DNA from: Micrococcus luteus NCTC 2665
Lineage (GTDB): Bacteria; Actinomycetota; Actinomycetes; Actinomycetales; Micrococcaceae
DNA length: 32,000 nucleotides
NCBI RefSeq assembly: GCF_000023205.1
Contig: NC_012803.1
Span: forward strand, 1,080,001 to 1,112,000
Direction: 5' to 3'
A model generated the notes under the pieces. It did not search any database, had not been told where the DNA came from, and saw only the letters and a program-made list of their open reading frames with translations. The translations under genes were made by a program, and so were the position numbers. Below are positions 20,318 through 27,593 of the stretch, one piece after another. How positions within the stretch are numbered: position 1 is the stretch's first letter; every line of letters begins with the position of its first letter.

Positions 20318-22679
20318 GCGAGACCGTCCGCACATCCTGGTGCCCACGCCGCCCGCGTCTGAGTCCTTCACGCCTATCACGACGCCGGTGACGAGCCGAG
20401 GTGGTGGCTTTAGCGGGAGCCGGAGCGAGCACGGGAAGCGCCTGACTCAAGAGTTCGAGGCCGCCTGGGCGCCCCCAGTAGATGAGCCTGAAACCACGGG
20501 CACATACCTCACCTTCGCCTCCTTTCCCGGCCTCGACCTGATGTTCGAGAGCTTGGAGTCGCGTCGGCCTGGTGCCCAGCCAGAGCTTGTTGCTGTCCAA
20601 CAGGAATTGACCCCAGCAGGCGAGATCGCAAACGCGACGGTCTTCATCCCCGAAGGGCAGAAGGAGTTCTTCCTCAAGAAACTTGAGCAGTATGTCGAGA
20701 CGGCCGAGGTCGCAGAAGGGAAGCCGAAGCACGCGGCTCTTATCGAGGGTATTGCCTCGATCCGTCGCGCAACGATCCGAGAGCTGTGGACGGACCCTGC
20801 GGACGAGTACCCGACTAGCCCCACCGAATCCCGCTGGTGGGAACTTTGGCTCAGAGCCCTTGACGGCCAGGAGTACGCCCGACTGACGGCGTACGCCCAG
20901 TTGCATAACCTCCCTGTGAGCGACCACTACCTCGGATTCGGTGACCGAACGGTCGTGCTCATCCGCGCCACGAGTGAACAACTCGCGATGACCTTCCGGA
21001 GCATCGACGACATCGCCGAGCTGCGTCGCCCACACGAAGTAGCCTCGTCCCTTCCAGGGTTATCAGCATTCGAACAACGCGACTGGGTGCGCGAGTTGCA
21101 GTCTCGCGTCGAACACGCTGGAACCGACGCTCCCGCGGTGTGCCTCCTCGACCGTGGCGTGCAAGCCGGGCACCCGCTACTGGAAGACTCACTCGCAGCC
21201 GACGACCTTCACGCGGTTGAGCCAAGTTGGCGCAAAGATGTGGCGATCCACGCCCACGGCACCGAGATGGCTGGACTTGCGCTCTATGGAGACCTGCAAG
21301 CCGCAGTCGGCGCTCAGCACCGCATCCGTCTGGAGCATCGGCTCGAATCAGTGAAGCTGCTCCCTGACACTGCGGACAACGATCCCGATGTGTACGGGGC
21401 AGTGACAGCGAGAGCGGTCGATCAGCCCGAGATTTCAGCACAGAATCGGGCCCGGGTGTTCATGCTGGCCATCACTGCACCTGCCGCTGCGCCAAACCCA
21501 GGGCATCGTGTCGAGGACCGTCCGAAGCAGGAGTCCGGGCGTCCGACGGCGTGGTCCGCCACGCTCGATGCCCTGGCCTTCGGCCGTGCGATTGATGACA
21601 GCGCCCCCAAGTTCACCTACCTGAACCGAGACGAGGAGCCCACGCCCCGGCTCTTTGTCGTTTCCGCTGGCAACATCCGTGACGTGCGCGCCGAGGACAA
21701 TCACCTTGATCGTAGCGATGCGGAAGGAGTCGAAGACCCGGCACAGTCGTGGAACGCGCTCGCGGTTGGAGCCTACGCGGAGCATGACGCGATGGATCAC
21801 GCCCCTGACGTCTTTGCAGGATACGTGCCGATCGCAGCCCGTGGTGAGCTATCACCCACCAGTCGGACTTCGGTTTCCTTTGATCAGAAGCGGTGGCCGT
21901 TCAAGCCGGATGTCGTCGCACCTGGTGGGAACCTTGCTCGGACCCCTGACGGCTCAGGGGTAGACACACCTGAGAACCTCGCGATCCTCACCACTCGTCT
22001 CCAGCACCCTGGCGAGGGATTCTTTACGACCACCCGGGATACCTCGGCTGCCACGGCCCAGGTCTCGGCTATCGCAGCCGACATCCTGGCCGCCTACCCT
22101 CACTTGAGGCCCGAGACAGTCCGCGCCCTGATCGTCCACTCTGCTGAGTGGACGGACGCGATGCAAGCGCGAATCACTGCCGCGCGCACAAAGGGAGCAG
22201 CGGTCAACTTGCTTCGTCGCTACGGGATGGGCGTGCCCAGCCTGGAACGCGCTACCCGCAGCGCAACCAATGCGCTGACGCTGGTGGACGAGGCCGTCAT
22301 CCATCCATATGAGCGTGACGGCAATTCCAGCAGTGGGAAAGCGCGCGAGATGAACCTGCATCGCCTGCCGTGGCCCATCGACGAGTTGTCCGCGCTTGGA
22401 GAGACCGAAGTTCGGCTGCGCGTCACCCTCTCGTACTTCGTAGAACCAAACCCATCGAGTCGCGGCTGGACGGGCCGATACGTCTACCCCTCTCATGGGT
22501 TGCGCTTCGCGATGAAACGACCCGAGGACAACCTTGACGCGTTCCGCCAGCGCGTCAACAAGCAGGCACGCGATGAAGGTGAGAAGCCACTGGCCCTCAA
22601 TACCGAGAGCGGTTGGCTTTTCGGCCGTGACCAGCAGACCTCGGCCGGATCACTCCACACCGATATTTGGCTCTCCTGA
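20310..22679 (+). CDS. S8 family (subtilisin-like) serine peptidase, IetS-like; 3' end cut off by ISL3 insertion
   Basis: Triad contexts are CLLDRGV (D281, 21150-21152), HAHGTEMAG (H316, 21255-21257) and TRDTSAATAQVS (S579, 22044-22046). Oxyanion motif SAGN. The last two codons and the stop come from the IS inverted repeat. Confidence 0.85.
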   Translation: MAERDRPHILVPTPPASESFTPITTPVTSRGGGFSGSRSEHGKRLTQEFEAAWAPPVDEPETTGTYLTFASFPGLDLMFESLESRRPGAQPELVAVQQELTPAGEIANATVFIPEGQKEFFLKKLEQYVETAEVAEGKPKHAALIEGIASIRRATIRELWTDPADEYPTSPTESRWWELWLRALDGQEYARLTAYAQLHNLPVSDHYLGFGDRTVVLIRATSEQLAMTFRSIDDIAELRRPHEVASSLPGLSAFEQRDWVRELQSRVEHAGTDAPAVCLLDRGVQAGHPLLEDSLAADDLHAVEPSWRKDVAIHAHGTEMAGLALYGDLQAAVGAQHRIRLEHRLESVKLLPDTADNDPDVYGAVTARAVDQPEISAQNRARVFMLAITAPAAAPNPGHRVEDRPKQESGRPTAWSATLDALAFGRAIDDSAPKFTYLNRDEEPTPRLFVVSAGNIRDVRAEDNHLDRSDAEGVEDPAQSWNALAVGAYAEHDAMDHAPDVFAGYVPIAARGELSPTSRTSVSFDQKRWPFKPDVVAPGGNLARTPDGSGVDTPENLAILTTRLQHPGEGFFTTTRDTSAATAQVSAIAADILAAYPHLRPETVRALIVHSAEWTDAMQARITAARTKGAAVNLLRRYGMGVPSLERATRSATNALTLVDEAVIHPYERDGNSSSGKAREMNLHRLPWPIDELSALGETEVRLRVTLSYFVEPNPSSRGWTGRYVYPSHGLRFAMKRPEDNLDAFRQRVNKQARDEGEKPLALNTESGWLFGRDQQTSAGSLHTDIWLS
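22661..22668. repeat. target-site duplication CGATATTT (left copy) of the ISL3 insertion
   Basis: Identical 8-mer at 24066-24073, immediately outside the inverted repeats. Confidence 0.85.
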
Positions 22680-24065
22680 CTGATCCGTGGGTCATTTCCG
22701 GCCCGGTAGGACGGGTCGGTGGCCGCCGAGGTTGAGCATGGCCAGGGCGATGAGGGCTTCGGGGGACTTGAAGCCGAAGGCGACGCGGGTGATGAGCCGA
22801 ATCTTCGTGTTCACGGACTCGATACGTCCGTTGGACAGGCCGTGCTCGATCGCGGCGAGGATCGAGGCCTTGTGCTTGACGATGCGGCGTTGGAGCTCGA
22901 CGAAGGCGGGGATGCGGCAACGTCGGGCCCAGCCGATCCAGCGTTCCAGGGCCGTCTCGGCCTCGTCGGCGGGTAGCTGGAAGACCAGGCGCAGTCCTTC
23001 CTTGAGCAGGTAGGCCCGGTGCAGGCGCGGGTCGGTCTTGGCGACCCAGGCGAGCTTGGCCTGCTGCCGGGTGGTGAGGTTCTCGGGGTTCTTCCACAGC
23101 GCGTACCGGGCGTGCTTGAGCGCCTTGGCGTGCCCGCCGGCCCGCCCGGCCCGGCGCTGCCGGACCGCGCCACGGGCCTCGTTCCACGCCTGGCGACGGA
23201 CCTCGTCCAGGGCCTCGGTGGCCCACTTGACGATGTGGAACGGATCAGCGCACCGCACCGCGTTCGGGCACCGCTCGGCGACCACGGCGGCGATCCAGTC
23301 CGCCCCGTCGGCGCTGACGTGGGTGATCTCGGCGCACCGGTCGGGCCCGAGGGCCTCGAAGAACGCCGCCAGGGTCGCCTTGTCCCGGCCCGGGGCGGCC
23401 CAGACGAGCCGGCCGGTGTCGTGGTCGACCACGATCGTGAGGTAGCGGTGGCCCTTCTTGTAGGAGATCTCATCGATGCCGATCCGTCGCAGGCCGGCGA
23501 ACCGGTCGCCGAGGGCCTCCACGTCGGCCCAGACCCGGGTGATGATCGCCCCGACGGTGCGCCAGGCGATGCGCATCAGCTCGGTGACCGCGGACTTGGA
23601 GCACTGCGTGGCCAGCCAGGCCACCTGCTCGTCGAACACCACGGTGTGACCGGCCCCGTGCCTGGCCCACGGGACGGCGGCCACCGTGGGACCGTGCTCG
23701 CGGCAGGCCACCCGCGGGGCGTCGGCCTCGAGGTAGACCTGCACCGTGCCCAGATCCAGCGCCCGCCACCGCCGCCGACCCTCGCCACGGTCGTACCCGG
23801 GCGACCTGCGCCCGCACCGCCCGCACCGGCCACGCACTCGAGCCCGGGGACGGACATGAGCCACCAGGAGCTGGTCGTCCTCATCGAACTCGATGCCCTC
23901 CACGACCGTCTTCTCGACGCCCAGCAAGGACCGCCATAGGCTTGCGTTCCGCACGCCGTTCTCCGCCCTTCAGGTAACTGACCTCAACAGCCAGAAACCT
24001 AGGCAGAGAGCGGCGTGCCCTCGTCAACGGCTCGCCAGAACACCCACGGAAGCGTCAGGAGAGCC
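22669..24065 (-). mobile_element. ISL3-family insertion sequence (1397 bp)
   Basis: Terminal inverted repeats are GGCTCTCCTGACtgaTCCGTGGGT (left) and GGCTCTCCTGACgctTCCGTGGGT (right, reverse complement). 8-bp TSD. A single transposase gene fills the element. Confidence 0.85.
22692..23954 (-). CDS. ISL3 family transposase
   Basis: 420 aa. N-terminal zinc-finger-like RCGRCGRRSPGYDRGEGRRRWRALDLG. Later VFDEQVAWLATQ...RRIGIDEISYKKGHRYLTIVVDHDTGRLVW, typical of the ISL3 (IS204/IS1001/IS1096) family. Confidence 0.9.
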   Translation of the reverse strand: MRNASLWRSLLGVEKTVVEGIEFDEDDQLLVAHVRPRARVRGRCGRCGRRSPGYDRGEGRRRWRALDLGTVQVYLEADAPRVACREHGPTVAAVPWARHGAGHTVVFDEQVAWLATQCSKSAVTELMRIAWRTVGAIITRVWADVEALGDRFAGLRRIGIDEISYKKGHRYLTIVVDHDTGRLVWAAPGRDKATLAAFFEALGPDRCAEITHVSADGADWIAAVVAERCPNAVRCADPFHIVKWATEALDEVRRQAWNEARGAVRQRRAGRAGGHAKALKHARYALWKNPENLTTRQQAKLAWVAKTDPRLHRAYLLKEGLRLVFQLPADEAETALERWIGWARRCRIPAFVELQRRIVKHKASILAAIEHGLSNGRIESVNTKIRLITRVAFGFKSPEALIALAMLNLGGHRPVLPGRK

Positions 24066-24276
24066 CGATATTTGGTCGGGGTCGGCCGCTGACCTCGCGG
24101 CCAAAGAGGCTGTCGTTGTGTACCCCGTCGCAGGTTGGTGGAAGAACCGGCCGAAGCTGGATCAGAGCGACAAAGGCGTCAACTACTCGCTCGTCGTCAG
24201 CATCGAGGCCCCCGAGGTGGAAGTCGACCTCTGGACACCGGTCTACCAGCAGGTGGCCGCAGTGATTGAGGTCTGA
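24066..24276 (+). pseudogene. displaced 3' end of the S8 peptidase gene (right TSD copy plus last 66 codons and stop)
   Basis: Deleting 22669-24073 joins ...GSLHTDIW to SGSAADLAAKEAVVVYPVAGWWKNRPKLDQSDKGVNYSLVVSIEAPEVEVDLWTPVYQQVAAVIEV* in frame. Confidence 0.85.
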
Positions 24277-24550
24277 CAGCGAAACCCGATCCTGCAGTGT
24301 GCATGAACGCGGACGTTCACCTCGACAACGTTGACCGGGAGCCTTGATGGATACGCGCCGAGTCCCGTGACATGGGATCCTGGGGATCGGATGCTGTGAG
24401 GGCCCGCCCGCCCTCGTGACTGAACGATCTCATTTCCGTCGGTTGGCGCGGGCGCGTCAGATCACCCGCATGCGCGACAACATAAGCGAGGGGACTGCTG
24501 CACGGATAGGTGACATCTGATCTGTGACGCTGTGAGGCGTTGCTGGAAGG

Positions 24551-24853
24551 ATGAACACCGTGCCCAAGCCCTATCCCCAGGAGTTCCGCGACGACGTCGT
24601 GCGCGTCGCCCGCAACCGTGAACCTGGCCAGACCATCAAGCAGATCGCCGCGGACTTCGGCATTGCCGAGTCCTGCCTGCGCAACTGGATGCGCCGGGCG
24701 GACGTGGAAGAGGGCTCCACACCCGGAACGAGCGCCGCCGAGCACGCCGAGCTCCGGGAGGCCAAGAAGCGCATCCGGCTGCTGGAGCAGGAGAACGAGG
24801 TTCTGCGCCGGGCGGCGGCCTATCTGTCCCAGGCGAACCTGCCGGGAAAATGA
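24551..24853 (+). CDS. IS3 family transposase OrfA (HTH)
   Basis: MNTVPKPYPQEFRDDVVRVARNREPGQTIKQIAADFGIAESCLRNWMRRA...leucine-zipper-like LREAKKRIRLLEQENEVLRRA. Confidence 0.85.
   Translation: MNTVPKPYPQEFRDDVVRVARNREPGQTIKQIAADFGIAESCLRNWMRRADVEEGSTPGTSAAEHAELREAKKRIRLLEQENEVLRRAAAYLSQANLPGK
24844..24850 (+). promoter_or_regulatory. programmed -1 ribosomal frameshift heptamer G_GGA_AAA at the orfA/orfB junction
   Basis: An X_XXY_YYZ heptamer in the orfA frame, immediately before the orfA TGA. The -1 frame continues GKMKYPLVRELAAVGIPVTVTCRVLKLTRQPYYRW (OrfB N-terminus). Confidence 0.55.
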
Positions 24854-24970
24854 AATACCCGCTCGTCCGTGAGCTGGCCGCCGTCGGGATCCCCGTCACG
24901 GTGACGTGCCGGGTCCTCAAGCTCACCCGCCAGCCCTACTACCGCTGGCTCGCCACCCCGGTCACCGACG

Positions 24971-24979
24971 CCGAACTGG
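24971..24979. repeat. target-site duplication CCGAACTGG (left copy) of the IS256 insertion
   Basis: Identical 9-mer at 26401-26409. Removing the IS plus one copy restores the orfB frame. Confidence 0.8.
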
Positions 24980-26400
24980 AGTTGAGTCCCGCATAGTGGT
25001 ATAGCGCCCGGTGGTCGGGCGTGTCGTCTCAGACGTGGACGCGGCCACCGTGTGATCCGTCGAGTCAACCTTCCACAGAATCCTCGAATGGAGTCATCAC
25101 GATGACCGCTCCTCATATTCTCGACCCTGCCGGCCTGCTCGGAGAAGCCCTGTCTGAAGCGTCCCCGGACATGATGCGCCATCTGCTGCAGACCATGATC
25201 AACACCTTGCTGTCCGCGGATGCCGACGCGGTGGTCGGTGCCGAATGGGGCAAGCCCAGCTCCTCGCGCACTGCTCGGCGGAACGGGTACCGCCACCGGG
25301 ACCTGGACACCCGGGTCGGCACCCTGGACGTGGCCATCCCCAAGCTCAGATCGGGCACGTACTTCCCGGACTGGCTACTTGAACGCAGGAAGAGAGCGGA
25401 GTCGGCGCTGATCACCGTGGTCGCTGACTGCTACCTCGCCGGGGTCTCGACCCAACGGATGGACAAGCTGGTCAAGACTCTGGGCGTCAACGCCCTGTCC
25501 AAGTCCCAAGTCTCCCGGATGGCCACCGAGCTCGACGAGCAGGTCGAGGCCTTCCGCCACCGCCCGCTCGGGGTGGCCGGCCCGTTCACGTTCGTGGCCG
25601 CCGATGCGCTGAGCATGAAGGTCCGCGAGGGCGGGCGCGTGGTCAACGCCGTGGTGCTGCTGGCCACCGGGGTCAACGCTGACGGCCACCGCGAGGTCCT
25701 GGGCCTGCGGGTCGCCACCTCGGAGACCGGGGCGGCGTGGAACGAGTTCTTCGCCGACCTGGTCGCCCGCGGCCTGGCCGGGGTCCGGTTGGTCACTTCT
25801 GACGCCCACACCGGACTCAAGGACGCCATCGCGGCGAACCTGCCCGGAGCGACGTGGCAGCGCTGCCGCACCCATTACGCGGCGAACCTGATGGGCATCA
25901 CCCCGAAGAACATGTGGCCGGCCGTGAAAGCCATGCTGCACTCGGTCTATGACCAGCCCGATGCGGCCAGCGTGCACGCGCAGTTCGACCGGCTCCTGGA
26001 CTACGTGAGCGAGAAGCTGCCCACCGTGGCTGAGCACCTCGACGCCGCCCGGGCGGACATCCTGGCCTTCACCACGTTCCCGAAGGACGTCTGGACGCAG
26101 GTCTGGTCGAACAACCCGGCCGAGCGGCTCAACCGGGAGATCCGCCGTCGCACCGACGCGGTGGGCATCTTCCCCAACCGGGCGGCCATCGTCAGGCTAG
26201 TGGGTGCGGTGCTGGCCGAGCAGACCGATGAATGGGCCGAGGGTCGACGCTACCTCGGTCTCGAAGTCCTGGCCCGCTGCAGGCTCACCACCGTGACCAA
26301 CACCGGAGACGAGGTGGACCCCGACACCGAACTCACCCTCGGCCTCAGCGCCTGACCCCCATGAAGGATCAGACCGCTACACCATCACGAGGGGCTTGAC
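24980..26400 (+). mobile_element. IS256-family insertion sequence (about 1421 bp) nested inside IS3 orfB
   Basis: Imperfect terminal inverted repeats (18 of 26 positions match between gttgagtcccgcatagtggtatagcg and the reverse complement of the right end gtcaagcccctcgtgatggtgtagcg). 8-9 bp TSD. One mutator-type transposase gene. Confidence 0.8.
25102..26355 (+). CDS. IS256 family (mutator-type) transposase
   Basis: MTAPHILDPAGLLGEALS...LLSADADAVVGAEWGKPSSSRTARRNGYRHRDLDTRVGTLDVAIPKLRSGTYFPDWLLERRKRAE...CYLAGVSTQRMDKLVKTLG...WQRCRTHYAANL. In-frame ATG 25021 is less likely to be the start. Confidence 0.9.
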   Translation: MTAPHILDPAGLLGEALSEASPDMMRHLLQTMINTLLSADADAVVGAEWGKPSSSRTARRNGYRHRDLDTRVGTLDVAIPKLRSGTYFPDWLLERRKRAESALITVVADCYLAGVSTQRMDKLVKTLGVNALSKSQVSRMATELDEQVEAFRHRPLGVAGPFTFVAADALSMKVREGGRVVNAVVLLATGVNADGHREVLGLRVATSETGAAWNEFFADLVARGLAGVRLVTSDAHTGLKDAIAANLPGATWQRCRTHYAANLMGITPKNMWPAVKAMLHSVYDQPDAASVHAQFDRLLDYVSEKLPTVAEHLDAARADILAFTTFPKDVWTQVWSNNPAERLNREIRRRTDAVGIFPNRAAIVRLVGAVLAEQTDEWAEGRRYLGLEVLARCRLTTVTNTGDEVDPDTELTLGLSA

Positions 26401-27184
26401 CCGAACTGGCCGAGGCGTACCTGGCCAACGCGTTGTTCGACGCCCATCGCGACGACCCCGAGTTCGGCTACCGGTACCTGGCCGATGAGGCCCGAGACGC
26501 CGGCCACGCCGCGTGTGACCGGACGATGTGGCGGGTGTGCTCGGCCAACGGCTGGTGGAGCGCGTTCGGCAAGAAGCGCGGCAAGAACGGCAAGAAGCCG
26601 GGCCCACCGGTCCACGACGATCTGGTGAAACGCGATTTCACCGCCGACGCCCCGAACGAACTCTGGTTGGCCGACATCACCGAACACCGCACCGGTCAAG
26701 GCAAGCTCTACCTGTGCGCGGTCAAGGGCGTGTCCTCCAACCGGATCGTGGGCTACTCGATCAGCGACCGGATGAAGTCGCGCCTGGCCGTGAATGCGCT
26801 AAACAATGCCGTGGCCAGACGCACCGAGGTGGCTGGCTGTATTCTGCGCACAGACCGCGGATCGCAATTTCGGTCCAGGAAATTCGTCCGCGCCCTGCAC
26901 CACCACGACATGGTCGGTTCGATGGGCAAGGTCGGTGCCGCCGGTGACAACGCGGCCATGGAGAGCTTCTTCGCGCTGCTGCAGAAGAACGTCCTGGACC
27001 GTCGCACCTGGGCCACTCGCCAGGAGCTGCGGATCGCGATCGTCACCTGGATTGAGCGGACCTACCACCGCCGGCGCAGGCAGACAGCCCTGGGCTGATT
27101 GACTCCCGTTGAATACGAGACCATCATGACCGCACCGGTCGCTCAGGCAGCCTGACCCACCCTGTCACCTATCCGTGCAGCAGT

Positions 27185-27334
27185 TCCCACCTCCCGCCGG
27201 ATGAGGTGGGTGGCGACCGTGCGGCGGTTCACTCCGAACACGGATGCCAGCTCCACGAGCGTCGCGCCCCTGCAGTACTGCGCCACCCGATCGTCGACCT
27301 GCTCGGGGGCGCAGCAGGGTTTGAGCCATCCCAA
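27185..27334 (-). pseudogene. helix-turn-helix gene remnant (resolvase / sigma-70 region-4-like HTH), cut by the IS3 right end
   Basis: The minus frame reads ...APEQVDDRVAQYCRGATLVELASVFGVNRRTVATHLIRREVG and then enters the IS3 inverted repeat. The frame is open upstream to 27433. Confidence 0.35.
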
Positions 27335-27471
27335 GTGATCGCACCACTCGACCCCTGGAATCGGAAACCGTAGGCTCAGAGGAGCGCTGGTCCTGGTTGT
27401 AGAAGCCCCGTGACCTGCGCAAAGACAAGGTTTTCAGGTGTGGGCAGGGGTTCTCAAACTCTCTACGGAGG

Positions 27472-27520
27472 TCCACCAGTCAGAAGGCCCGGTCCATACG
27501 GACCGGGCCTTCGTCGTCGT
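27472..27520 (+). repeat. att-like junction: 6-bp tRNA 3'-end core TCCACC plus terminator hairpin; 46/49 identical to 28932-28980
   Basis: tccaccAgtcagaaggcccggtccATACggaccgggccttcgtcgtcgt versus tccaccCgtcagaaggcccggtccGTGCggaccgggccttcgtcgtcgt. The 13-bp stem is 27483-27495 / 27500-27512. Two of the three mismatches fall in the hairpin loop. Confidence 0.7.
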
Positions 27521-27560
27521 CGGGCTCCCGTGCGGGGCCGGGAGGCGACCGCCACCCCGC

Positions 27561-27593
27561 GACATCACCGCGGTTCTGCACTGCGGTGATGTC
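27561..27593. terminator. 11-bp-stem hairpin overlapping the oxidoreductase stop codon
   Basis: gacatcaccgc (27561-27571) pairs with gcggtgatgtc (27583-27593) around an 11-nt loop. Confidence 0.3.

Larger units (their letters stand above)
24844..27155 (+). pseudogene. IS3 family transposase OrfB (DDE integrase core), split by IS256 and carrying an in-frame TGA
   Basis: The N-terminal piece ends ...PVTDAEL at 24978. It resumes at 26403 as ELAEAYLANALFDAHRDDPEFGYRYL...WLADITEH...TDRGSQFRS...DNAAMESFF. TGA at 27096-27098 is followed by 18 more sense codons (LTPVEYETIMTAPVAQAA) to TGA 27153-27155. Confidence 0.8.
24494..27184 (+). mobile_element. IS3-family insertion sequence (about 1261 bp of its own sequence) carrying a nested IS256
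   Basis: Perfect 22-bp terminal inverted repeat ACTGCTGCACGGATAGGTGACA at 24494-24515 and, reverse-complemented, at 27163-27184. orfA/orfB organisation with a -1 slippery site. Confidence 0.8.

Noticed and set aside
23893-24276. 127-aa + ORF as an independent gene
   Set aside because: Its first 57 codons lie inside the ISL3 end, antisense to the transposase start and the inverted repeat. Only the last 66 codons are meaningful, as the displaced C-terminus of the S8 peptidase.
24317-24745. 142-aa minus ORF
   Set aside because: It crosses the IS3 left inverted repeat and runs antisense to orfA. No motif or RBS is present.
27096-27098. In-frame TGA in IS3 orfB as selenocysteine or programmed readthrough
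   Set aside because: There is no SECIS-like context, and the element is already disrupted by IS256. A simple nonsense mutation (for example CGA to TGA) is far more likely.
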